The position numbers were made by a program, and so were the translations under genes. Shown here one piece after another: positions 38,444 to 47,778 of a stretch of 64,000 bases of DNA (within the stretch, counting starts at the first letter, position 1; every line of letters starts with the position of its first letter). The notes beneath the pieces were generated by a model. The model was not told where the DNA came from, did not search any database, and worked only from the letters and a program-made list of their open reading frames with translations. Origin of the DNA: Bacteroidales bacterium (GTDB lineage Bacteria; Bacteroidota; Bacteroidia; Bacteroidales; VadinHA17); NCBI GenBank assembly GCA_040769065.1, contig JAXGLU010000001.1, positions 711,218 to 775,217 of the forward strand. Reading direction: 5' to 3'.

Positions 38444-39685
38444 TTATTTCTCAGGGTACTCGCAAATATCACCTTTATAATTCCGTAGTACTATCCTTTC
38501 CTTATTGTGTTCCACGACATAATCCGGAAGAAGAGGAATCTTGCCGCCACCGCCAGGGGCATCAATAACGAAAGTAGGCACCGCATAACCACTGGTGTAG
38601 CCTCTGAGTCCCTTGATAATCTCAAGTCCTTTCTTTACTGTGGTCCTGAAATGTCTTGATCCCGGGATAAGATCACACTGATAAAGGTAATAAGGTCTTA
38701 CTCGTATCTTAAGCAATCTGTGCATAAGTTCCTTCATTGTCGGAACATTGTCATTTATGCCTTTTAGCAGGACCGTCTGGCTGCCCATTGGGAAGCCTCC
38801 ATCGGCCAGTTTATTGCAGGCTTTTGCACATTCCTCGGTTATTTCAGATGGATGAGAAAAATGAAGGCTTAAAAACAACGGATGGTACTTTCTCAAAACA
38901 GTAATAAGATTGTCAGTTATTCTCTGTGGTAATACAACCGGCACTCTTGTACCTATCCTTATCATCTCAACATGTTCAATACTGCGTATATTTGAAAGAA
39001 TATATTCAAGTTTCTCATCGCTTAAGGTAAGCGGATCTCCACCGCTGATAAGCACATCTCTTATCTCCTTGTGCTCTGATATGTAGCGGAATGCCTTTTC
39101 ATAATCACTCTTGCCCAGATTGTCAAGTTTTCCCACTGAATGTGATCTTGTGCAATATCTGCAATAATTTGAACACACCTGCGTGACAGTAAATAACACT
39201 CTGTCTGGATAACGGTGAACAATTCCTTTAACCGGCGAAAACATTTTTTCATGCAGGGGGTCTGATTTTTCACCTGGCATCTCAAGCAGTTCCTCAACCA
39301 CAGGGATAACATTTCGGCGAAGAGGATCAGCCGGCTTTGAATCATAAATCAATGAAGCAAAGTACGGGGTAATCCTGAGGGGAAGACGTCCGTTAAGGTT
39401 GTTCAGGGCAAGCAATTCTTTCTCTGTCAGACTCATGATTTTCTTGAGATCATCAATGCCCGTGAAAGAATTTCTAAGCTGCCATTTCCAATCATTCCAG
39501 GATTCTAAAGTCGTTAGGGGGAAGTAGCGGTTTATGAACTCCGAACTTCGGTTGCTAACTAACTGATTTGGGATTGCATTTTGCGAAAAAAACGTGGTTT
39601 TCGCACCAGGCTCTTCATCTGAAGAGCAACCCACGAGGCGGTCCTCTCCGTGGAGGGCAACAACCTCATTATTGTTAGCGTTCAT
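38444..39685 (-). CDS. kamA: Lysine 2,3-aminomutase (KamA-family radical SAM / PLP enzyme)
   Basis: Collinear with Clostridium KamA as I recall it: HRYPDRVLF, CSNYCRYCTR (CxxxCxxC), ISGGDPL, VVLPQRIT, RVRPYYLYQCDL, RGYTSGYAVPTFVIDAPGGGGK. Both Asp positions that bind the lysine epsilon-amino group in KamA (QCD and IDAPGGGGK) are retained. Confidence 0.85.
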   Translation of the reverse strand: MNANNNEVVALHGEDRLVGCSSDEEPGAKTTFFSQNAIPNQLVSNRSSEFINRYFPLTTLESWNDWKWQLRNSFTGIDDLKKIMSLTEKELLALNNLNGRLPLRITPYFASLIYDSKPADPLRRNVIPVVEELLEMPGEKSDPLHEKMFSPVKGIVHRYPDRVLFTVTQVCSNYCRYCTRSHSVGKLDNLGKSDYEKAFRYISEHKEIRDVLISGGDPLTLSDEKLEYILSNIRSIEHVEMIRIGTRVPVVLPQRITDNLITVLRKYHPLFLSLHFSHPSEITEECAKACNKLADGGFPMGSQTVLLKGINDNVPTMKELMHRLLKIRVRPYYLYQCDLIPGSRHFRTTVKKGLEIIKGLRGYTSGYAVPTFVIDAPGGGGKIPLLPDYVVEHNKERIVLRNYKGDICEYPEK

Positions 39686-40258
39686 AACGGTCGATGAAAT
39701 AAATCACCTTTTATTTTATTTTTTCTGGTTGTTAATTTAATTTATGGTTAAAATAAAAACGGGACAAAACTATACATTCTGATAATATGTTGTACCAATG
39801 TATGCCCGGAAATATCAACATCGTTTTCATTTTATCAACATGGATTTATGTTCTTGTATATGCATATATACCTATGTAATTTTCAATTAGTTGCTTACTC
39901 AATATATTGTTTTGCCTTCCCGTAAAAAATCTGCCAATAATGATTATTATGTAGTTGTTTCCAATTTCTTATTAACTCCCAAATACTTATAATATTTTAT
40001 CCGAAAATAATTAATTTTAATGGTCGGCCGGAACCTCACATGTTTGATAATTACATACATACGTGTTTGTGTATGCAATACATGTGTGTTTCATCTTTTA
40101 TTTGAAACATGGCATTTACAATAATAATGCCAGAATTGTTACAGATTGGTACTATGGGCGAGAAGCATGATTTATTTGCAAGCAGTCCGGAAAATAAGAC
40201 ATATTATGAATTAATTAGTTCATAAACAGGTTAGGAGTAAATTTGGATGTGTGAATAA

Positions 40259-41884
40259 TCAGGGAATAAAAACCTTTCCGACTTTTAATATAACACCTTT
40301 GGAAAGGGTAACGATATATATTCCCGTAGGATACAGACCGATGTCAAAAGCAGGATTATCATCATTGATGTCTCTTGTCGCAAGGAGAGTGCCATTAAGA
40401 TTGTACAAACTCAATCTGCATCCAGTGTAATCACCTTCCGGAAGAACAACCCTTAATTCATTATTTCTAGTATAAAGGACAAGAGGCTCATAATACCCGA
40501 TCCTAATGTCAATAGAGCTTTTCACGCCAGATCCATCAGTTGCGGCAGCTACAACTTTCACCAAGCCTTCATCAATTGCAGTTACCAGTCCCGAAGAACT
40601 TATAACGGCTTTTCCCGTTATATTCTCAACGGTCCAGTCAATGCCTTTAGAAGATGCTGCCTGTGGAGTAATGCTGACTGACAGTTGTAGTGTTCCCGGC
40701 AGATCAGGAATCACATTTGACCCGGTTGATGAGGTTATGGTAATAGTCTCCACCGGCACTTCCTGCTCTGAAATTGTGACGACAAAGGTGCCATAAACAC
40801 CAGATCCGTCAAGGGCATCTGCCCTTACTGTAACAGTTCCGTTGGCAACTGCCGTTAGAAGACCTGATGAATTAATGACTGCTTTTCCTGATCCCGGGGA
40901 GACTGACCATTTTACAGATTTATTATCTGCATTGGCTGGTGTTACGGAAGCATTCATTTGCAGTGTACCTTGATATGAGTTTATTGATGCAGATCCGCCT
41001 GCGCCGCTTACTGTAATACCGGTAACAGGAACAGTACCAGTACCGGCAGTTCCTGTCCATCCTGCAAGCCTGGCCCAAAGCCACCAGGCTGCATAAGCTT
41101 TCAGGTTGCCGTTTAAAGGTTGAGAATGTGAAGGATTACAGTCGTACCAGTCTGTATTGAGAGTGTGGGAATTTTGCCATTCAATTGCCCAGTTCCTGTC
41201 CCTGCTGCCATTCCCGTCACTATCATAATCACAATTATCATTTGCAGCCTTGTTAAGGAAGTATTCTCCATCAGGATTATAGGATTCTATATCGGCGAAA
41301 TCATACAGAATTTTTCTATTCCGCTTGCAGTAGTCCCTGATCTGCTCATTGCGCTTATTGAGGTTCCCATTTACACCTGTTCCGTCAAGATGGCCTGTCA
41401 TGTAAATAAATTTCACATGCGGATAATCTTCTTCAAGATCTGACATTAGTGTCAGATATGTATTGATGTTCGACTCGGTAGCATCACTGACCTGTCCGCA
41501 CCAGGACCACATAACCACATTAATGTTATTGTTTTCAGGCTTGTTAAGATATGTTCTGGTAGACCCGGCCCATGATGTAAAGTCAGGTGAGCCCAGGTCG
41601 CTGCCGCCCGTAATTCCATGATCATCAATATCCAAGGCTCCATCTGAACCTCCGTCATTCCATAAATAGATGTTTCCTTTCCATTTATAGAGCCCGGTCA
41701 TTCCATCAATAATCTGGCTTCCGTGTGAAGTGTGCTCATAGGCTATGTGCAATTTTGATTTCGCCTGGTTTATCCATTCCACAGGAATGTCGGCCAGTTT
41801 GGCTGTCCGGTGATCAATTATGATCTGGCTGTATTGAATAAGAGTAAAATGGAGAAAAACAAATATGATCAGTATCTTCTTCAT
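40259..41884 (-). CDS. Secreted protein: unassigned N-terminal domain, two Big_2 Ig-like domains and a T9SS C-terminal sorting domain
   Basis: Signal peptide MKKILIIFVFLHFTLIQYSQ. Two Big_2-like repeats (ITVSGAGGSASIN..LQMNASVTPANADNKSVKWSV...; ITITSSTGSNVIP..LQLSVSITPQAASSKGIDWTV...). The C-terminal ~80 aa ends in GIYIVTLSKGVILKVGKVFIP, typical of T9SS CTDs. Confidence 0.7.
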   Translation of the reverse strand: MKKILIIFVFLHFTLIQYSQIIIDHRTAKLADIPVEWINQAKSKLHIAYEHTSHGSQIIDGMTGLYKWKGNIYLWNDGGSDGALDIDDHGITGGSDLGSPDFTSWAGSTRTYLNKPENNNINVVMWSWCGQVSDATESNINTYLTLMSDLEEDYPHVKFIYMTGHLDGTGVNGNLNKRNEQIRDYCKRNRKILYDFADIESYNPDGEYFLNKAANDNCDYDSDGNGSRDRNWAIEWQNSHTLNTDWYDCNPSHSQPLNGNLKAYAAWWLWARLAGWTGTAGTGTVPVTGITVSGAGGSASINSYQGTLQMNASVTPANADNKSVKWSVSPGSGKAVINSSGLLTAVANGTVTVRADALDGSGVYGTFVVTISEQEVPVETITITSSTGSNVIPDLPGTLQLSVSITPQAASSKGIDWTVENITGKAVISSSGLVTAIDEGLVKVVAAATDGSGVKSSIDIRIGYYEPLVLYTRNNELRVVLPEGDYTGCRLSLYNLNGTLLATRDINDDNPAFDIGLYPTGIYIVTLSKGVILKVGKVFIP

Positions 41885-42223
41885 ATATCACTTCAAGATA
41901 GTCAGACAGTTCTATTATAGGATAATAACTATCTGTACTATATTCTTTGATCCCTATTTATCCGGAAATTCCGGACTTCAAGGCATCAAAAATATCAATT
42001 TTATTAAGAATAATAATAAACAGGATGATTTTCGTTTTTTTGAGACCTTTCGTTATACTTAAAACCAAAACCCATATTCTCAAAGACAATTACGCTACCA
42101 GCTTGCTTTAAAGGCTCTTAGCAATCATGGTCCGGATTCTATCTTGTTTGTTTTTATTGACAGAGCTTCTTCTTCGCTTTTTTTAAGTTGCTCCTCAACT
42201 GTCATCAGGTAAAAATCCCTGGT

Positions 42224-44956
42224 TTAGTCTTCTGAAAACTCAAAAATATAATCCCCGGATCCGGAACTAAACACAAGGTTATTGTCCGACATCTTGATAT
42301 TAGAAAAATTAGCTTTATCCAGTGATCTGCCCTTCTCGGTTACCTTCTCCGGAGATAAGACCGGGAGAACAACAGTTGCTGTTACATTAGCCGGAATCCT
42401 GATCTTAACGAAGATCTTACCATCTTTTCTTTCCCATCCTGATTCAACTGTGCCGTATAATGATTCAAAAGATGCATGTACCCGATCCATTCTTTTTGTC
42501 GGATGCGGTTGAATCAGCAAATGTCTGTAACCGGGACTGGCTGCTTCAAGTCCGGCAGACACCCTGTACATCCAGTCTCCTATGGCGCCGTAAGCATAAT
42601 GGTTAAATGAATTCATTCCGGGGTCCTGGAAAGTGCTGTCAGGCTTCTGTCCATCCCAGCGCTCCCAGATTGTTGTAGCACCCATTGTTACAGGATACAA
42701 CCAGGATGGATAAGTTTCCTGAAGCAAAAGGTCATATGCAACATCGGTATATCCAAACCTCGTCAGAACATGACAAATATATGGGGTGCCAAGGAATCCT
42801 GACGAGATATGATTGCTCCTGCTTTTAATATCTTCAACAAGAAAACCGGCAGCTTTCTGTCGTAAGTTATCAGGCAGAAGATCGAACATCAGTGCAAGGA
42901 CATATGATGTCTGGGAGTTTGTTCCGACCCTGCCAGCCGGTGTCACATACTCATGGTTGAATGCTGCTTTAATCCTGGTAACAAGATCGTTGTAAAATGT
43001 CTCATCGTCTGTTTTTCCAAGTTCCTTAGCAGCCTTTGCCAGTAATTGGGCTGAATAGGAGTAAAATGCAGTAGCAATAAAATCATGTTCGGTATATCCA
43101 TCAGGTTCGGGATGATTGTTTACCGGGGGATGATAAAAAAGCCAGTCACCAAAAACACTTCCTCCTTTCCATATATATGAATCGCCAGCTTTCTTCCTGA
43201 TATACTCCACCCATGCTTTCATTCCAGGGTACTGTTTCTCCAGAAGATTTTTGTCACCATAGACGGTGTACATAGTCCATGGAGCTATTGTAACAACATC
43301 TCCCCATCCTGCTGAAGTTGATATGTTCACAGATCCTTGTGGATTAAGTACGTCGGGCACTACATGAGGCACCTCTCCACCGGGTCTCTGATCTGCCATA
43401 ACATCCTTCAGCCATTTTGTAAAGAAGGGAGCAACATCAAAGTTGAAAGCAGCTGTGCGGCAGAAAGCCTGAGCATCGCCTGTCCAGCCAAGCCTTTCGT
43501 CACGCTGGGGACAGTCGGTTGGAACGTCAACAAAGTTGCCTTTTTGGCCCCATACAATATTATGCTGCAACTGATTGAGAAGAGGCTCCGAACTCTCAAA
43601 ATGTCCTGTCTTTTTCATATCGGAATGTATCACAACGCCTGTGATATTTTCAGGAGCAAGTTCCCCGGGAAATCCTTCAACCTTTACATATCTGAAACCC
43701 ATGAACGTAAACCTGGGTTCATACTCTTCTGTTCCAACACCCTCCAGGGTATACTTCAGCTCGCATTTTGCCGATCTTAAGTTTGTGGTATAGAATTCAC
43801 CATATTTATCAAGTACTTCTGCATGGTGAAGAACGATGGTTGTTCCTTTTTCGCCGCTTACTTTCAGTCTTATCCATCCGACCATATTCTGACCCATATC
43901 GGCTACAAGATCCCCTTTTGGTGTTCTGAATATTTTAACAGGTTTTATTTCACCGGTTTTGCGTATGGGTGATCCTTCTGATGCTATGAGGTTGTCATAA
44001 GGGTAATTACCTATCATTACGTTCTGCCATTTGCTTTCATCATACCCTGGCTGATTCCATCCTGTGAGTTTTTTTCTCGCATCGTAGATTTCTCCATTAT
44101 ATAGATCATTCATTCTAATGGCGCCATCTACAATGCCTTTCCAGGAGCCATCAGTCATAACAGTGTATTCACTCCCGTCTGTCAGAGTTATTCTCATCTG
44201 CATCAGTAAGCCAAGCCTTTTACCATATATGGCATAATTATCACCCCATGCAAGGGTTCCCCGATACCATCCATCTCCAAGCACTGCGCCCACACAGTTA
44301 GGTCCGTTTTTGAGCATGGAAGTAACGTCATAAACCCTGTATTGCAGTCTTTTTCCATATGATGTCCATCCTGGAGCAAGAACTTCATCGCCTACTTTTC
44401 TGCCGTTGATATAAAGCTCAAAAAAACCATGAGAAGTAACGTAAACCCTTGCTTTCGAAACAGCACGGGCAAGAGAGAACTCCTTTCTGAAATGTGGGGC
44501 GGGTCCATACCGCAAAGTGTCTCCTTCAAGCTCGATCCACTTTGCGCTCCAGCCTGCAGGATTCATCAGTCCGGTTTCCCAGTATGATGTCCTGCTCCAT
44601 CCCGATGCCTTGCCTTTATTATCCCAAATGCGGACCTGCCAGTAATACCTTTTCCCGGGAACAAGTTGTTTCCCTTCATAGGTAACAAGCGTTGATTCAC
44701 CGGATGACACCTTTCCTGTTTTCCATACCGTACCAGACGATGAGAACTTAGGGTCAGTTGCAACCCTTATTGAATATGCTGATTGCATTACGTCAGAACC
44801 TGAAGCTTTAATTTTCCACGAAAGCCTGGGTTGAGGGATGTCTATTCCCATAGGCTCTGTTTTATACTCACATGTCAGATCGCAAACAGCAAGTTCCTGG
44901 GAAAACACTGAAGAAGACACAAACAGAAGAAATGTGAAAAGCTTTAAGAGTTTCAT
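42224..44956 (-). CDS. Alpha-L-rhamnosidase (GH78)
   Basis: 910 aa with a signal peptide. N-terminal QSAYSIRVATDP-type rhamnosidase domain and the catalytic (alpha/alpha)6 hallmark VPTDCPQRDERLGWTGDAQ. Adjacent to rhamnose catabolic genes. Confidence 0.85.
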   Translation of the reverse strand: MKLLKLFTFLLFVSSSVFSQELAVCDLTCEYKTEPMGIDIPQPRLSWKIKASGSDVMQSAYSIRVATDPKFSSSGTVWKTGKVSSGESTLVTYEGKQLVPGKRYYWQVRIWDNKGKASGWSRTSYWETGLMNPAGWSAKWIELEGDTLRYGPAPHFRKEFSLARAVSKARVYVTSHGFFELYINGRKVGDEVLAPGWTSYGKRLQYRVYDVTSMLKNGPNCVGAVLGDGWYRGTLAWGDNYAIYGKRLGLLMQMRITLTDGSEYTVMTDGSWKGIVDGAIRMNDLYNGEIYDARKKLTGWNQPGYDESKWQNVMIGNYPYDNLIASEGSPIRKTGEIKPVKIFRTPKGDLVADMGQNMVGWIRLKVSGEKGTTIVLHHAEVLDKYGEFYTTNLRSAKCELKYTLEGVGTEEYEPRFTFMGFRYVKVEGFPGELAPENITGVVIHSDMKKTGHFESSEPLLNQLQHNIVWGQKGNFVDVPTDCPQRDERLGWTGDAQAFCRTAAFNFDVAPFFTKWLKDVMADQRPGGEVPHVVPDVLNPQGSVNISTSAGWGDVVTIAPWTMYTVYGDKNLLEKQYPGMKAWVEYIRKKAGDSYIWKGGSVFGDWLFYHPPVNNHPEPDGYTEHDFIATAFYSYSAQLLAKAAKELGKTDDETFYNDLVTRIKAAFNHEYVTPAGRVGTNSQTSYVLALMFDLLPDNLRQKAAGFLVEDIKSRSNHISSGFLGTPYICHVLTRFGYTDVAYDLLLQETYPSWLYPVTMGATTIWERWDGQKPDSTFQDPGMNSFNHYAYGAIGDWMYRVSAGLEAASPGYRHLLIQPHPTKRMDRVHASFESLYGTVESGWERKDGKIFVKIRIPANVTATVVLPVLSPEKVTEKGRSLDKANFSNIKMSDNNLVFSSGSGDYIFEFSED

Positions 44957-45081
44957 AGGATCATTCTTTTAAAAGTTAAATTCGAAACATGAAAATTATC
45001 TATTTTTAATGGATTTCTACTGGTTAAAATAACTATTTTTATGATTTTCATAAAAGTACTTAATTTCATATTTTTATCAAT

Positions 45082-46110
45082 ATGGATCCTATAGCGGGTA
45101 TTTTCCTCATTGCTCTTGGCAGTATTGGCGCTGCAAGTTTTTATGTACCGTTCAAAAAGGTCAGGGAATGGGCTTGGGAATCGTACTGGATAATGCAGGG
45201 CGTAGCAGCATGGCTCATAGCTCCCTGGCTCTTTGCCCTGATATTCGTACCCAAGGGTGAGCTTATGTCAATTATCAGTGAATCACCATCATCAGCCAAA
45301 CTTATGTCGATGTTTTTCGGCATTCTCTGGGGATTTGGAGGGCTTACTTTCGGATTAAGCATCCGTTACCTTGGAGTCGCACTTGGCCAGAGCATAGCGC
45401 TTGGCCTTTGTGCAGCATTCGGCACACTGATTCCACCGATAATTGCAGGGGATAATCTGTTCGCCACAAAAGCCGGGATTCTCACACTTACAGGAGTAGC
45501 GCTTACCGTTGCCGGAATTGCAGTGATTGGCTATGCGGGCTCACTGAAAACAAAACAGATGACCAAAGAGGAACAGCAAGCTGCTGTCAAGGAATTTGCT
45601 CTTAAAAAAGGGATACTGATAGCGATCTTTGCAGGAATAATGAGCGCCTGTTTTAATTTCGGCTTCGAAGCAGGAAAACCCATTGAATCTGTAGCACTTG
45701 CACATGGCACTAATCCGCTGTTTCAGAAAAACCCCACCATGATATTCATATTACTTGGAGGTTTCATAACAAACCTGTTCTATTGCGGATATCTCAACAT
45801 CAGGAATAAAACATACCGCGACTATTTCTCGGTATCAGGGAATGTTCTCATCAATAATATTATTTTCACTTTCCTTGCAGGTATCCTATGGTTCCTTCAA
45901 TTTCACTTCTTTGGAATGGGATCAAGCAAGCTGCCAGCCGGAATGGCTGTTTTCGGGTGGAGCATCCTTATGGCACTTAATATTGCTATCAGCAATATCT
46001 GGGGCATCATTCTCAGGGAATGGAAAGGAGTCAGCCGGAAAACAATGGCCGTACTCATCACAGGTATTGCAATTCTGATATTATCTGCCTTTATTGTCAA
46101 ATTAGGATAA
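45082..46110 (+). CDS. rhaT: L-rhamnose-proton symporter RhaT
   Basis: Collinear with E. coli RhaT as I recall it (GAASFYVPFKKVREWAWESYW versus [24 protein letters not shown]). 10-TM profile, 342 aa. Confidence 0.9.
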   Translation: MDPIAGIFLIALGSIGAASFYVPFKKVREWAWESYWIMQGVAAWLIAPWLFALIFVPKGELMSIISESPSSAKLMSMFFGILWGFGGLTFGLSIRYLGVALGQSIALGLCAAFGTLIPPIIAGDNLFATKAGILTLTGVALTVAGIAVIGYAGSLKTKQMTKEEQQAAVKEFALKKGILIAIFAGIMSACFNFGFEAGKPIESVALAHGTNPLFQKNPTMIFILLGGFITNLFYCGYLNIRNKTYRDYFSVSGNVLINNIIFTFLAGILWFLQFHFFGMGSSKLPAGMAVFGWSILMALNIAISNIWGIILREWKGVSRKTMAVLITGIAILILSAFIVKLG

Positions 46111-46115
46111 GATTT

Positions 46116-46430
46116 ATGAAAAGACTTGGTTTTAAAATGAAATTGTTTCCCGGTTTCAGGGATGAATACAGGAGAAGGCATGATGAAATCTGGCCTGAGC
46201 TTAAAAAAATGCTTAAAGATCAAGGTGTCGGCAATTATTCAATTTTTTATGACGAGGAAACCAATATTCTTTTTGCATATCAGGAACAATCAGGAGTAAG
46301 TTCCTCACAGGACCTGGGGCATACCGATATTGTAAAAAAATGGTGGAAATACATGTCCGACATTATGGAAACCAACCCCGATCATTCTCCTGTGACAATA
46401 CCGCTGGAACAGGTGTTTTTCCTTGAATGA
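46116..46430 (+). CDS. rhaM: L-rhamnose mutarotase RhaM
   Basis: Internal Met of the track ORF. MKRLGFKMKLFPGFRDEYRRRHDEIWPEL...WWKYMSDIMETNPDHSPV...EQVFFLE aligns along its full length with E. coli YiiL/RhaM as I recall it. 104 aa. Confidence 0.9.
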   Translation: MKRLGFKMKLFPGFRDEYRRRHDEIWPELKKMLKDQGVGNYSIFYDEETNILFAYQEQSGVSSSQDLGHTDIVKKWWKYMSDIMETNPDHSPVTIPLEQVFFLE

Positions 46431-46472
46431 TAAAGGTGTCAGAAACTTGATTATTAATATTATAATATCACC

Positions 46473-47738
46473 ATGAAAAAAGACATTATAAAGAAATCAT
46501 ATCAGCTGGCCAAGGAGCAATACGCAGAACTTGGCGTGGATACTGAAAAAGTCATTTCGGAAATGGAAAAAGTGGTCATCAGCCTTCACTGCTGGCAGAC
46601 CGATGATGTTGGAGGATTTGAAAGGGAAGGAGCAGAACTTGGCGGAGGAGGTATTCAGGCAACCGGCAATTTCCCTGGCAAAGCTAAAACGATCAAGCAG
46701 ATGAGGGATGATCTTGACAAGGTCATGTCGCTGCTGCCAGGTAAGCAACGCTTGAACCTCCATGCCATATACGGGGAATTTGACGGGAAAAAGGTTGATC
46801 GGGATGAAATCGAGATAAAGCATTTCCAGGGCTGGATCGATTGGGCAAAAAAGAGAAAAATCGGACTTGACTTCAATTGTACCTGCTTCTCCCATCCCCT
46901 GGCAGATGATGGTTTTACACTGTCGAGCAAAAATCCGAAGATCAGGAAATTCTGGATCGAACACACTAAAAGATGCCGGAAAATATCTGCCGAGATGGGA
47001 AAACAGCTTGGTACACCCTGCGTACATAATATATGGATCCCCGATGGAACAAAAGATATTCCTGTTGACAGGTTTGGCCTTAGGAAAGTTCTGAAAAAAT
47101 CACTTGATGAAATATTTTCAGTAAAATATCCCAAAAAATATCTCAAGGATTCGGTAGAAAGCAAACTTTTTGGCATAGGATCAGAATCAATGGTGGTAGG
47201 ATCACATGATTTCTACATTGGATATGCCGTGAAAAACAAGATCATGATAACACTTGATAACGGCCATTTTCATCCTACAGAACAGGTTGGAGACAAGATA
47301 TCTTCAATCCTTCTTTACATTGATGAATTGCTGCTCCATATGACAAGAGGCGTAAGATGGGATAGCGATCATGTTGTTACATTCAATGATGAACTCATCC
47401 TCATTGCCCAGGAAATAATTAGGGCCAAAGCTCTTGAAAAAGTCAATATAGGACTCGATTATTTTGATGCGAGCCTTAACAGGATCGGTGCCTATGTAAT
47501 CGGAACCAGAGCTGCCCAGATGGCTTTCATGTATGCCTTACTGGAGCCTCTGAAAACACTGGTTGGCTTCGAGGAGAAAGGACAAAATTTTGAACGGCTT
47601 TCACTGTTGGAAATAATGAAAACAAAACCATATGGAGCAGTATGGGACTATTACTGCCTGATCAACGATGTTCCTGTTGGCCAGGATTATATCGACGAGA
47701 TACGAAAATATGAAAAGAATGTCCTCCTTAAAAGATAA
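46473..47738 (+). CDS. rhaA: L-rhamnose isomerase
   Basis: Strong collinearity with E. coli RhaA as I recall it: SLHCWQTDDVGGFE, GGIQATGNFPGKA, RLNLHAIY, GLDFNCTCFSHPL, LGTPCVHNIWIPDG, VESKLFGIGSES, LDNGHFHPTE, VRWDSDHVV, GLDYFDASLNRIGAYVIGTRA. Confidence 0.95.
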   Translation: MKKDIIKKSYQLAKEQYAELGVDTEKVISEMEKVVISLHCWQTDDVGGFEREGAELGGGGIQATGNFPGKAKTIKQMRDDLDKVMSLLPGKQRLNLHAIYGEFDGKKVDRDEIEIKHFQGWIDWAKKRKIGLDFNCTCFSHPLADDGFTLSSKNPKIRKFWIEHTKRCRKISAEMGKQLGTPCVHNIWIPDGTKDIPVDRFGLRKVLKKSLDEIFSVKYPKKYLKDSVESKLFGIGSESMVVGSHDFYIGYAVKNKIMITLDNGHFHPTEQVGDKISSILLYIDELLLHMTRGVRWDSDHVVTFNDELILIAQEIIRAKALEKVNIGLDYFDASLNRIGAYVIGTRAAQMAFMYALLEPLKTLVGFEEKGQNFERLSLLEIMKTKPYGAVWDYYCLINDVPVGQDYIDEIRKYEKNVLLKR

Positions 47739-47778
47739 TAACTCCAAATATAAGGTCGCTCATCAAGTCGTTTGATAA

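Noticed and set aside
39686-39900. Searched the kamA 5' region (minus strand) for a lysine (L-box) riboswitch or another leader structure.
   Set aside because: The region is extremely AT-rich. It has no extended helices or L-box-like conserved segments that I could recognise.
40088-40132. Two adjacent 6-bp hairpins (GTTTCA...TGAAAC and TGGCAT...ATGCCA) downstream of the T9SS protein gene.
   Set aside because: The stems are short and AU-rich with no U-tract on either strand. They are not convincing terminators.
45000-45041. Direct repeat CTATTTTTA (45000-45008 and 45033-45041) in the GH78/rhaT divergent promoter region, considered as a possible RhaR/AraC-type site.
   Set aside because: A 9-mer of almost pure A/T in an AT-rich intergenic region is expected by chance, and no regulator is encoded nearby.
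46497-47176. Two long minus-strand ORFs (176 aa and 173 aa) inside rhaA.
   Set aside because: The plus-strand frame is strongly collinear with L-rhamnose isomerase along its full length. The antisense ORFs show no recognisable motifs.
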